DNA of 64,000 bases, taken from positions 185,258,001 through 185,322,000 of the forward strand of contig NC_058368.1 in assembly GCF_018350175.1 (NCBI RefSeq), read 5' to 3'. The position numbers were made by a program, and so were the translations under genes. The notes below the pieces were generated by a model. It ran no database searches. It had not been told where the DNA came from and saw nothing but the letters and a program-made list of their open reading frames with translations. The stretch comes from Felis catus (taxonomy: Eukaryota). This document shows positions 25,380-38,620 of the stretch, in pieces; within the stretch, counting starts at the first letter, position 1; each line of letters starts with the position of its first letter.

Positions 25380-25885
25380 CCTTCTTCCCTGGCCTTTCTA
25401 ATGTTCTTAGAGTAATTAAAATTCTTACCATGGTAAAATTCTTACCGTGACTTATCCTGCCTTATGTGCTTAATCTCTCTTTCAATCTCAATCTCTCTGT
25501 ACTCTCTTCTCACTACCAAGGCTACCTATCTTCCTTCATTTCCCCGAGTACTTTTGTGCCCTGTCCCTCAGCCCAGGGGCCTGTGTACTGCTTCCTGATT
25601 CTGGAACACTTCAGATCTCGGCATAAATCTCATTTCTTTGACTCCCAAATATAGGTCAGTCATTTTCATTATATGTGCTCATAGCACCCTGTTTCTTTAC
25701 TTTGGATGAATTATTTGAATTTAGAAGGATCTATTCAATAATACTTAATTCATATCTCTATGCCTCCGTGGTCTCTAAAATCTATGAGGACAGGCTCTGT
25801 GTCTTCTGTACTGTACCCCTAGTGCAGAGTGCTTGACACATAGTAGGCACTCAAAAAATATTAGCTTAATGAAAGAATAAACAAA
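25380..25885 (+). mobile_element. L2 3' fragment
   Basis: Ends gtgcttgacacatagtaggcactcaaaaaatatt..aatgaaagaat. Confidence 0.7.
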
Positions 25886-26247
25886 TGCATATATCATGGA
25901 AAGAACTAATAGACATTCTTTGATGTATGCATAATGCTGCATTTAAAATAGGACTCTTGATATTTGTTTTAAATGAGTCCCTTGATGTTTTAGTAGCTAT
26001 TTTATCTTCCCTGTTTGTTTTGCAAAGGGTTTCAGTTTCTAGCTAAAAATCAGATTCACCATTACAGCATATCTTCAAACATTTAAACATTGTCACTAAT
26101 ATTGTTTAACATGAACCATCATTAGTTTCTTGGTCCACATAATACCCCTATTTCTTCCTTGGGGAAGGAAAGTTATTACTGAAAAGGTAGGTGACTGCTC
26201 AAACTTAAGGGGACATTAATAAATATGGAAATAGATTTGGAAATGGT

Positions 26248-26254
26248 GCGCGCG

Positions 26255-26337
<83 letters not shown>
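26248..26337. repeat. Compound microsatellite (GC)n(CT)n(GT)n(GA)n
   Basis: Directly visible. Confidence 0.98.
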
Positions 26338-26339
<2 letters not shown>

Positions 26340-26833
26340 TAAAAGAAAGACCAAGGCTAGATTTTGAAAAGCTGTCATTTTTAATTTTAATTTTCACATT
26401 TGTGTGGGGCTTTTATACTTATTAAATGCTAGTGTTGCCTTTAAAAATATAAACAATATAATCTTTAACTCTCAATTATAGCTGAATATTTTTAACAGTT
26501 AAGAAAGGAGTAAAACCATAAGAAAACAGTCTGATGGCAATTTTAAATATAGATTTAAAAGGAAATCTCTCAGAGACATTAATCCTAGCCTCACAATAGC
26601 ATGCATGCTGGTGATCTATTCTATCTAGAAGTCTGAAAAATATGCACTGATGTCCAAATGATAGACTTAATTACCCAGAGAGATCCCTTATTAAAGAAAT
26701 ATTAAATTATGTCTGATAGGCCTTCTTAAATGTAGACCACTTCCTTTTAGAAGGATTTTTATCAGAAGGCTAAAATATTAAAAATTATTTATCATAAACT
26801 TTTTAGTTGACAATAAAGTATATTTAACTATAC

Positions 26834-27015
26834 CACTGGTTTTCAATGTGTGATAGTTGACTAGGAACACAGGCATTACCTCAGAACTTGTTAGAAATGC
26901 AATTCTCTGTCCCAACCTAAATCCATAGAATAAGAGATTTTTGGAGTGGGATATAGGAATTTGTGTTTGAACAAGTTCTCTATGATTCTGATGTACCTGA
27001 TATTTAGAACAGCTG
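26834..27015. mobile_element. MER5A-like DNA transposon
   Basis: gaacttgttagaaatgcaattctc..aacaagttctc..tgattctgatg motifs. Confidence 0.75.
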
Positions 27016-27027
27016 AGCTAGACTCTT

Positions 27028-27255
27028 TTTTTTAAGTTTATTTATTTTTGCAAGAGAGAGAGAGAGAGAGCGAGCGAGCATGAGCAAGGAAGGGGCAGAG
27101 TGAGAGAGAGAGAGAGTGACAGAGAATCCCACACAGGTTCCCTGCACTGTCAGTGCAGAGCCAACTTGGGGCTTGAACCCACAAACTGTGAGATCAGGAC
27201 TTGGGGTCTGAAATCAAGAGTCTGACACTTAACAACTGAGTCACCCAGGTGCTCC
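27028..27255 (-). mobile_element. Can-SINE
   Basis: TSD ctagactctt at 27018-27027 and 27258-27267. Confidence 0.95.
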
Positions 27256-29499
27256 TACTAGACTCTTATACTTAAGGAGAATTCCCATTAATTGTCTTAA
27301 AAATATATAATGGCTGGCAAAACATTATTGAGTCTTGCTATATAACACAGGCACATTTATAAATTATAGAATTCTATTCTTAAAAAGACAAAAATATATA
27401 TAATTTATCATTTCAAAAGTCCTCTTTAAAATTTCTGTGTCAGGTATCAAATTCATAAACATTTTCACAAGAATAGGAGTCCTTTCCTGTAGGAAACATG
27501 GGAAACATAGATAGTGATAGCAAATTGGCAAATTTATTGGTGCGTTGACTCTCTGAAAAAAGACTCTCTGAAAACATTACCCAACTTTGTAGTGTTTCCT
27601 GCAGCATGGCCATTTACTAGATTCTAACACAATGTCTCTTGAAAATGGAGTTGGGAAGAGATGTTCAAAATAGGGGTTCTAGTTTTTTGGAGGGAGAGGA
27701 AACACTCTTGAGAAAGGGCTATCTTATCTAATCTACTTACTTTATAGAAAATTTCCCTAGTTCTCATATTCTTTTTTGCTTGGTTAAAAAGAAGTCACAC
27801 ATATTCTAAGATTCTTTGAGTAAGAGTTCTTACATAGGAATAATGTTTTAGTTTTTTAAATGGAATGTGAGTCAGTTAATTACAGTATTGTTTATCATAA
27901 GTGATATGCTGAATTCTCAACCATTTTGCTTGTACAATGGGAAGTATCCTTTACAACGGGAACCATTTGGGACATACATAATGTAGGTCAGATTGTAGGT
28001 AGGTTTCCCCATGATTCTATTTTACTTAGGAATCTTTTGGTTACCAGAGTCAATCCTCAGTAATTTCATGCTAAAACAAAACCAAAAACTTTTGGGTAAT
28101 TAAGAATCAACATTTCATTAATTCAAAATATTATTGAATATAATTGTATTTGAAAATGGTGCCAGTAAGTAAAAACAAACATTGAAAGCAAGGGCATTTT
28201 TTTTTCATAGCTGGTAAGAAACAAATCTGGCATGTTGTTGCTGGTGATGAGGACTCCTTAAACAAATCTGGCTGGTTATTATTTCTAGTGCAGGCTGCTG
28301 TCCTGGATTTCAAAATATTTCAATGCCTCTTTGGGTCTTTTGCTCTTTTTCTCTTTTTAAATTCAGTATCCTTGACAGAGAAATGCTAGTACAAGTCTGT
28401 TTTGAATCTGCTGCTCCTGTGGTCAAAAAGTTTCAATATCCTTTGCTGCCTGCAATATGAAACCCAACATTTTAGCTTGAACCTAACATTCAAAATCTTC
28501 CCAACTTTCCATCTTAACTTTCTGATCCTATTGTATGTGAGCTCATTCACTTTGCCATTCCTGCATTATCACGTTCTGATACCTGCAATGTTCTCTTTTC
28601 CCATGATGCTCTTTCTCATAACTGGAAATACCATATATAAATACTTTATGTCCTAGGGCACATCCCATGTTTTTTCCAAAATGTCGTCATCCTTCCTGCA
28701 CTCATGGGTGAGGAGTGAGATATAATAGTTAGAGTCACTACCTGGGCTTGAACATTTCACAGCTATTTTATCTCGTGCATTTTATTCCGTTGCTTTCAAC
28801 ATGTCCTCATTCATAAAGTGGGTTTCATAATAACTTTAAAAAATTGTATTGCAAAACTTAGCAAAGTGCCCGGAAAGAAATGTGAAGACTTTTTTTTTTT
28901 TTGTCTTTTGAACTCAAAAGCTACATGTAACCACTACTTGGGCCCTTATGTGCTTTCTTTTATTATAGCTTTTGTGTACATTTTAATATATTCGGAATCT
29001 ATTTTAAGAACCTTGGTCATGGGACCAGACTTTCTGCCAGCTCTGTAGGACCTAACACATACCTCGCAAACAATAGGTGCTGAAAAAATAACCAATGCAT
29101 AATAACAAAATGGAAGAGGGGAAGAAACACTCATTTGGGTACTAGGAAAACAGGGCCGTGGCCTCAGCTTTGCTTACATCTTAAATCACATTAATAACTT
29201 CTTTGAGCTTTAGTGTCTTCATTCCAAACAGAGATAGAACTACTATGTGATCTCTAACTCTTTCAACACCAATGTGTAATTATCTGTGATATGGTTTAAG
29301 TCCACTAATGTACATACAGGCCATTTGCTATATTGTATATTAATGCCTCTATTGAAAATATTGTTTTATTCTATTTTGTTTTTTAAGCCCTCATTGCTCA
29401 GAATTAAGGTCATCATATTCTTCAGTTCATGATACATAATTTTCCTTGGTCTGTGGGAGAATCCTCTTTTTAAAAATTGTATTATATGATTTTTTCTTT

Positions 29500-29660
29500 C
29501 ACCTTATAAATTCCATGTGGATTAAAGATTTAACTGCAAAAATAAAATTGTAAAACCAACAGAAGAAGATATAGGGAATGCATTTGTGACCTTGGATGGA
29601 AAACATTTTTGACTCTAAAAGGAAAAGCTGTAAAGGGAAAAATGATAGATTTAACCATCT
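29500..29660 (+). mobile_element. Ancient L1 ORF2 fragment
   Basis: aaattccatgtggattaaagatttaa..agaagaagatataggga..tgtgaccttgg. Confidence 0.6.
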
Positions 29661-31173
29661 CATTATATATTACTTTTTCCCCTGGACTGTGATACATATT
29701 TAGACTTGTGTCCCATACTATCCTGAATTATTCTGATTGTTCACACAAACAAAGCAACACAACAAAAACAAATCTTCCTTAGTATTTTTTCATTTTTACT
29801 TCTGACATCCAATAATTCAAAAGTTCCTGCTGTTTCTGCCATCACAAATGTCTCTTATACCTTTCCATTTCTCACCATCTCTGTGACTACACCAGTCAAG
29901 ACTACCATTATCTTTCGGATTATTGCAATAACCTCTTAATTTTTTCTTCTCTATTTTTGAGTCTATTTCTTCTCTATTTTGAGTCTATTTTTGAGTTATT
30001 TATACTTACCCCTTTTGAGCTTATTTATTTACTTGCCTTAAACTAGTTTAAAACGTGTTTTGCTACTTGCAATCAGAATAGTCCTTTTCATAAGAGTATC
30101 AAACTGTTGAAAAGTAAAATCTGTATTTTTGAGAGCCAAAATGGATTTTAGAATGGGTCAATCTTATCCAACCCATTCACTTCATAGGAAATTTCTCTTT
30201 AGCTGAGATTTCTTCATAAGTTGCTAAAAAATGGTCACATAAAATGTAGGTTTCTTCACATTAAGTGCTTTTATTTTTTTCTCTTAACAAAAACCTGTAT
30301 TTTTTTCTTTCTCAGAAAAGGCCTATATTATTCAATGTGCAACTTTCTATAGTATGAGTCCAGTCTTCATAATGCTTTATGGTTTTAGTGCACTGTGGGC
30401 CAAAAGTAAGAACATAATCACCATATGCTCTCCAGTAAATTACCCAGTGATTTCATTTTCTCATTATATCTATGAATGAGATCATAAGGTGACAAATTAA
30501 TTGGATTAGCAAATACAACATAATTTCTTCTGGCCCATATTTAAAGAATTAGTCTATCAAAATGTTAATGTTAGAAAGAAAACTAAAGAGTGTAGACAAA
30601 TACTGGCTAAACTGCTTTCCAAATGTGGAATATCTACCCATTTGAAAATGTTTAGGAAATTTAATTTTCAGCTTCCATTTTAATGTGTATGGCAGCAATA
30701 TTAATTCACCTGATACTATTGCAAAGCATCATCAAGAATAAAACAGGAAAACACACATTATTTCTATAGGATTGCCATCTACGTGGAAATAGAAGGAATG
30801 TTATTTTAAATGTTTATAGGTATTAAAAGGTGCTATTTTTGCCTCATTTGGTATACAATGTTTTTAATTTGTTTGGTCACAGAGAAGATTCTTTAATTTT
30901 CCTTTATGAAAGCATCCCTGAGAAACCATACTAGTCCAAAATTATGACAGAATTAAGGTTTTTTAAAGATTAATTAGAAAAATTTCTTGAATTATTTAAA
31001 ATTCTCTAACTAGTCTTTTTTTTTTCCACTAAAAAGGTCATCTTGAGGCCTAACATTCCTTTTTCCATTCAGTTTATGTTAGGTATTGTTTTATATACAT
31101 CACTGACTTAACATAGATAATTCCTTTTGCCTCTTAATATGGTACTTAAGTTTTCCAGATATGTTTGCACTTT

Positions 31174-31439
31174 ATATATATATACATATATACATTTACA
31201 TATATATGTATATATATATATATATGTATATATAGAGAGAGAGAGAGAAAGAGAGAGAGAGACAGAGACAGATAGAGACAGAGCGTGAGCGAGGGAGAGG
31301 AGCAGAAGGAGAGAATCTTAAGCAGGCTTCATGCTCAGCTTGGAGCCTGATGCAGAGCTCAAACCCACAACCCTGGGATCATGATCTGAGCCAAAATCAA
31401 GAGTCAGATGCTCAATGGAATGAGGCACCCAGGCACCCC
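31174..31439 (-). mobile_element. Can-SINE with (TA)n-rich tail
   Basis: TSD tgca(c/t)tttat at 31166-31175 and 31440-31449. Confidence 0.93.
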
Positions 31440-33605
31440 TGCATTTTATGTTAAATTAATCATACTTTCTTTACATCAGGAAAAAAACACACTCAAACAC
31501 ACTGTCAGAAATCGCAAATTCAAGTCACAATTTTGTCATTGTTTATATGAACTTGGGCAAGTAGCAAACTCCCTTGGGTCTGTTTTCCAGGGACCTACCT
31601 CACTGTATGATTTTGTTTTTTAAATAAAATGTAGTGAAACGCCCTTTAGCCATGAAGAACTGTAAAGATATAAGTTGTGTTGACTGTTCTTTTTTATTGC
31701 CCTCAATACAGTGTAGAAAAAAGAAAAGCTCAGATATTTATTAATAAACACTGGCTTTTTGAAGCTGGATGAAAGTAGAAAAGAATTGACTATATTCCAA
31801 AGGATTCATTGTGTTCCTAAAGTACTCAAAGACATTATTTAAACTAATTAATTTCCTCTATTAAGTGGTCATAGAGCATGAACAACAAGAACAGAGTGTG
31901 GTTAGGTTTCAGGGTATTAAATTTTGTTCAGAGAATTCCAACATTTGTTCTTAAACTCTCTAGGTTTTGTGAATACTTCATTGAAATATCAGTAATTATT
32001 ACTTTTTTCTCTTCATAAAGGAATGTGATTTTAATGTGATATATTTGTGGTCTAAACTGAGCCACGACATACTATAAACAGGGTCTTAAGTTGCATACAA
32101 ATACTAATTATTTAGCTATTTTTTTCTGGGAAAAAGACTTAATTAAAAGAAAATAATTTTTCCAGGACATTTACTCAAATGCACAAGTCATATCCATTTA
32201 AATACTTATTTATCTGCCTGATTTAAGGAATTCAGGCAAAATAATTTTCATTCAGAGCTCAAAAGGACATTTGCTAACTGAATTTAGAACTCTTTAATAA
32301 AGTAGCTAAGAAACAACTGAACAAAAGAGAAACTAAGATGTATCATTTTTCTTTTATAATGAATAATACTCATGTTAACCATTGAAAATAAATTATTCTG
32401 ACATCAGAAACCAACTCATCTTTGAACCTAGGTAGAGCAATTAGAAATAAGATGTTTAGCAATTTTGCCCTCACATATGTTTCCCATGATGCATTTGCAA
32501 TCTATACATCCCACTTCTTAGCTTATGTGGCAATTGCTTTGAAACTTCATGTGGATTAAAACATATTATCCAAGGGAGAAATGTGAACAGCAATTGTCAT
32601 ATTTCTCTTGTATGGAAATGAATTTATTTTAAAAAACACAGCCAGAGTATAGCATATATTTCCTTAATACAGAGTTGAAATATTTTCTTGTAATCTGAAC
32701 ATATTTTCAAATTATGTAAAATAATAATTGCTTATTAATGTCATATTATGGATAATCTAAATAGTGCATGCAAAATATAACCTCTAAAATGTGACTCAGT
32801 ATTGCTTGACAGATTAGTCAGTCAAAACATGATTTGATTCTGTTCTGGTTTGTGCGCAATGTGATTTCAGAACCTGAAACTAAATAATTAGAATGTGCCT
32901 TATCTTGCTAAGCCAGTGGGAGAGGTTCATTATAAATCCAGCAACAACTTATGGCCCTGTGGTCATGCATCAAATAGAAGAGTTGAGATTGTGTTTAGAC
33001 CTTCACGAAGTTTAGTCATTTGTCTTTGGAGTTTCAGCACCATGAACAGAACATCTCCGAGCAGTGATGAGGGGCGGGGCTCAAAAATTCAATTAGAGCT
33101 GTAGCTATCTGTAAATGAATTCTTTTTCTATACTATTAAACTAATTTACTGGAGGGTGAATAAAAACGTAGGAAAATCCATCAAATTAGTAATTAGACCA
33201 TATTCAATTTTGCTTTAGGATCTTGACACTGATACAGACTTGGTTTGTGGGCAACTGTTTTACTTAGTAGCCAAAGAATTTACCCAACACATTATTCAAC
33301 TCTTTCCCACCCTTTCACTTTCCAATACTTTCTGCTTATTTTCTGTTTGTTAGAAAGCCTGTATAATATTGAGGAAAAATTAAAGATACAAAGAATCTAC
33401 TGACAGCCCTGGGGGGGGGGGTTAACATTTAGCTTCCAAAAGAAAATGGGGGACTTTGCTTGTGGATGTATACGTTAATAAATGAGAGTCTAACCATGTA
33501 TTTGTTTTCATCTCTTGTAATTTATCATATGTCCAGAGATAACATTTCTTTTGAAACCATGTTTCTAAGGTCAATAAAGGTTAGTGTCAATTCTTATTCA
33601 TGTGG

Positions 33606-33870
33606 TCATTCATTCACTTATTCAACAAATCTTTATTAGGCCTGAATTTTCTACTAAGCACTCTTCTATGTACTGAGGTTAAGAGAGGTAAATAAAACTG
33701 ATGAAATCTCTGCTCTTATGGGCAAGTCTACTGGGAGAGCAGATATTAAACTTAAAAATTATACATTTACAGTTATAAATATGATGAAGAAAAAACACAA
33801 GATATTAGAATATATAATATTATGCTAGGGATAAATCCCTTATCAGGGAAGACTTACATAAAGATATGCC
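33606..33870 (-). mobile_element. L2 3' end
   Basis: tcattcattcacttattcaacaaatctttatt..ctctgctcttatgg. Confidence 0.7.
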
Positions 33871-35937
33871 TTGATTTCTTGCCTGCATATCGACAATGAC
33901 CTCTGAAATGGACTTCATATACTCACTCTATTTACTCTTCAAACTATGCTCCGGAGTGTAGCTAAAGTGCTTTTGTTGTGTGTAAATATGATCACACTTG
34001 TCTCTTGATTGATTATCTTCAGTGGCTTTATGGCTTCTCATTACTTTACTATAATCACAAAATCCTTCTAAGGAATGATTAGGAACTTTACTACCTGCAC
34101 TTCTTCATCTTTGAGATCTCCTTTCTTTTATATTGGCTTCATTTCTCAGGTATATGCTCCCCATGTGGAGGCAAAGGTAGTCCCCATGAAGTTCTATATT
34201 TATGCCATCCTAATGGTTCTCAATCTCAGTTCCTAAAATTGCATGGGGTAGGGGAGAGGAAGCTTCCAAAAGAAAAAGATGAACAATGGATAAAATAACA
34301 CATATCCTCTCTAGTCATGTAATTAAAATAAAATTATTCTGCATATAGTGTAATTTTCTGTCAACTCATGCTCCCTATATTTAAAACTGTATTTAGCAAG
34401 TATATAATGTAATTTGCTATAGTAAATTCCCAAGAAGTAAGATAATTTTAAAATCCTCTTAGAGATATTTGGAAGAAAATTGGAAGTTTCTGAGGTAAAT
34501 CATTTTATACTCTCTATATTCTCATTCTAGAAAATGAGTGAATTTAAATGTTGATATTTTGAGCTTATTTAGTAGTATTAAATATAGTTAACATTTTCTA
34601 CCTACTATACTTGGCATACTTCATTAACTTGAATTTCTTTCTGTTACTTCCTTATTCCTGTTTTTGTCACTGTAATTTTGTTGGGACCTATGGAAAATTT
34701 CAGGCTTTCTAAGGTATCGCAAAAAACACTGCTTTTTAAAGCATGCAGTTTTTTTGTTTATTGACAGTGGGATATGGAAGCATAAAAAGCAAATTAGGCA
34801 AACCATATCACAAAGCTGCTTTTATTTTTGTACAGCTTCTATATAATTCTTTCATTAGTGTCCCAGAGGGAAAGCAAGGCCAAAATAATATTTCTAATTT
34901 CAAGATTATAACACATGTAACAGGTTGGGTATGGGAAAGTAAGTATAAATCATTTGAAGGGTAGAGGTTTAGAGATACACTTGGACTAATAAATTTGTGT
35001 GTGTGTGTGTGTATGTGTGTGTGTTGGGGCATTGGTGCATAACTAGACAAAATGTAAAGTTTATTTCAGGCTGGAAAGGTTGTGAATCGAATGCATGGAC
35101 AGGTACCCTGGGATAGGCATTTTGGTATTACTGAGTAGGTACTATGTTCTCTATTAGAGTAGGTGGGTATGTTTCCCAAGAAATTGTCATTGAGAAGTTT
35201 AGAATTCATTCACTCACCTTTAAATTATATATGGCTTATGTTAAATAGGCAATAATGTTAATTTTTGCTTTGTTTTATTATGATTTGTTTAGATGCACAA
35301 AGTTGTGATTAACAGCCAAGCTCTATTACTTTTCATATCTTAATTATCTTTTATATTTATATTTATTGCTTTAGATGAGATTTTGAATTACTGAAATTGG
35401 CCTTCCAATAATTAAAGTTCTATAATAATAACTATAGAAATCCTGTGTAATCATGGCTCCATTTTTTATGTCAAAAAAGTGACATTTTGACATTAACAAA
35501 ATACCTTGATTTAAAATTGGCATGAGATAATACATAAGCTTTTCCCAGGTGTTTCAGTATCTTACTGGCTTAAACTGATATCTTATTGAAAGTTAAAATT
35601 TCCAAAAAAAAAAAAAAAGGATACTTCAACAAATTCCTGGAATTCTATCAATCAAGTTTCATCTTGTGACACTTTCCTAGGTTATTTTGGAGCAGTGGCA
35701 CTATTACCTACATTTATTAAGTGTTAAGCTGTTAATATCCTAGATATTTTGATATTCACCATTTAACTTTCATAATAAACCTCTGAGAGAAGTACAATAT
35801 TATTTTTTGGTGAGATACATGAATCTGAATTTCACATTGGACAGTTTGTTAAAATGCAGCTGGGACTCAAAACTTGCTCTGTTTGACTAGACTTCACACC
35901 CTTAATACTAAATTACAAATCAGAGGACAACTTATTT

Positions 35938-36162
35938 ATTTTTATTTTAATTTTTTTTACATTTATTTACTTTTGAGAAACAGAGAGAGACAGAGCACAA
36001 GTGGGGGAGGGACAGACAGAGAAGGAGACACAGAATCCAAAGCACCCTCCAGGCCCTGAGCCTACAGCACAGAGCCCGATGCAGGGCTCGAACTCACAAA
36101 CCGTGAGATCATGACCTGAGCAGAAGTTGGACGCCTAACCGACTTAGCCACCCAGGCGCCCC
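35938..36162 (-). mobile_element. Can-SINE
   Basis: TSD aggac(a/g)acttattt at 35924-35937 and 36164-36177. Confidence 0.97.
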
Positions 36163-36594
36163 AAGGACGACTTATTTTAAGAGGCCCAAATCTGCTTCCA
36201 CATATTGTATAATAATACTGGATTTTTCACTGAAGTTTTGTTTGGTTGTTGAGTCTCTTTTGCTAAACTGCCAAGTACATATAATTTCGTATAATGCACT
36301 ATATAGTAGCATTGCTTGTCTGTTTAAATATAGGTAAAATTCTCAAAGCCTGTCTTGGAATCCTCCAGAATGTCAATGTGAATCTGGGATTATACTGGAA
36401 GGAATAAATGAAGAGTTTCTTTTCAGTGGCCCCCACGAATATATTCTTGGGATGAAGAACTGGTGAATCAGGTATCTGAAAATGGAAAGATGCCAAAGTT
36501 TTTGCTAGTTTTCAAATTCATAGACTTCTTTGGAATTTGTAATGAAATCTGATTATGGTTTTCTGTGGACTTAAGATGATTGTTTTACTTATAT

Positions 36595-36796
36595 CAGGAT
36601 TTCTCAATCTCAGTGCTACTGACATTTTGGGAGTCTCATTGTGGGAGACTGACCTCTGCCTTGTAGAATGTTTGACAGCATCCCTGGCCTCTACTCTTTA
36701 GATGGCAGCACCTGGTTGTGACAAACGAAGATATCTCCCAGCATTGCCAAATATCCCCTGTGAAGAAACAAAATTATCGCTAATTGAGAGCCACTG
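36595..36796. mobile_element. MER20 hAT-Charlie element
   Basis: caggatttctcaa..tgtagaatgtttgacagcatccctggcctctac..ttgagagccactg. Confidence 0.85.
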
Positions 36797-36939
36797 CTCT
36801 ATGTGTATACACTTCCTAAAGATGCAAAATTTCCTTATTTTATGGAATTCAAACAAATGGCAATCTTCTTGAGCAATGACTATCCTGATTTCATTGTTGT
36901 TAAAAGGAACTCCTAAGTGACATATTCTGTGTTTTTATA

Positions 36940-37159
36940 AGTTTTTTTTAATTTTAATTTTTAAAATTAAAAAAAAATAATGTTTATTTATTTTTGAGGG
37001 ACAGAGAGTGTGAGCAAGGGAGGGGCAGAGAAAGAGGGAGACACAGAATCCAAAGCAGGCTTCAGGCTCCAAGCTGTCAGAACAGAGCCTGATGTGGGGC
37101 TCGAACCCATGAACTGTGAAGTCATGACCTGAGCTGAAGTCGGACGCTTTTAACTGACT
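36940..37159 (-). mobile_element. Can-SINE lacking its first ~18 nt
   Basis: Stops at gacgcttttaactgact without the gagccacccaggcgcccc terminus; no TSD seen. Confidence 0.92.
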
Positions 37160-38454
37160 ACACTCAATATTCAATACTCAATACTCTAAGGAAATATTTC
37201 AGAGGCGGTGGCAACTACAAGCTCTTTTCTCTTATTAAATTTACCTTGCTCTGCAATCTCATAGACTCTTGTGTTAAGCAGAGTTGCTTAGAAGCCTCAT
37301 ATTTCAAGGTAATTTTATTTCCTTTTCTTACCTTTAGACCTTGGTCGAAGCTATTCTGGGCCACTCCCAGATGTTCTAACTTTGGGTCTCAAAGATCAGA
37401 ATTTCAGGTATGAGTCCTTTTCCTCCAAAAGGCTCTAGCCTCATTAGGCATACTAGTCCTTTAGTTCCAAGAAACCAATTTGGAATATCACGGAATGAGG
37501 CAGATTTGCTAATGCACTCAAGAACATAACAACTGGTGCCTATTTCTTTACATTGGCATAATGAAGGGAGGCATTCAAATGGCCTCTTGCAAAACTAAAA
37601 TTATCTTCAAGATGATTTCCCATCATTCCCATATTATAGAAAAGGTGTCAACTTTTTTCTCTAAAAGACAAATGTTCTTTTAAGCTAAATGATAAGGAGT
37701 TTTAGATATTAGTTTTTATCTCACACAGTGATGCAATTTCCTTGCAAAAGCAATCTGCTGTTTCGATCAATTGCAAAAGTTCAGTGACCACAGCCGAAGA
37801 CAGCAGGGAAGAAAACCCCACAGGCATAGTTGTCTTGTTTGCGGATGTTATTAAGAAGCCCATTCTGGTTCATAGCCAGATACTTCCTGGCTGCCTTTGT
37901 GGAAGGCCAATCCACTCACTGGTATTTGGTGATACAAAGAGCTATTTTTGTTGTTGAGTGCAATTTCCTCCATTTAGAAGTGCTTAAAACAAGCACACAC
38001 TCTTTCTGAAAAGCGATTCCATTTTCATTTTATTAAATGATTTATTGGATGGCTCCCCAAATGATTACCTAGAAATGTCAGGTAAAGGTTAATTTAATAC
38101 CATGGGGCAGAGTGGTATAAGACTCGTGTAGCATGAAGTTGATGATACCATTTGGTTTAGGAAAGGAAAGGGAATAATTTAGTGTAACACCATGGGTATC
38201 TGACATTATTTTTCAATTTACCTGTTGACAAAGAAATACATTTCTGAGTGTCTTTTCTATCTCCCAAAAAGTGAGAATGTTTTTGAAGGAATTGCCTCAC
38301 TTAGCTATTTGAAAAGTGTTGGAATAATTTAGGAATATTTTCATTTCTGCTGAAACACTATCTGCAAGTGAGATGATGATATGGAAGAAAGAAGTATGAT
38401 ATGGGGAGCAAGGCGAAGTAAATTTTGCAGACATATTATGACATAGTATTTTTG

Positions 38455-38620
38455 AGCATGTAGAAGTTCTGAGTCAGAAAACGTGGGCTTGGTTCCTGGC
38501 TCCATCATCTATTTACTAAATATATGACCTTGGGAAAATTACTCACTTCTTAAGTTTTAGTTTTCTCATCTATAACATGAATAATTCAGAGCACAGTTCC
38601 TTGCACACCAATATGCTCAT
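38455..38620 (+). mobile_element. MIR
   Basis: ggttcctggctccatc..atgaccttgggaaaattact..agttttctcatctataa. Confidence 0.75.

Noticed and set aside
33411..33421. Poly-G run (also poly-C near 47317-47327)
   Set aside because: Isolated homopolymers with no supporting context.
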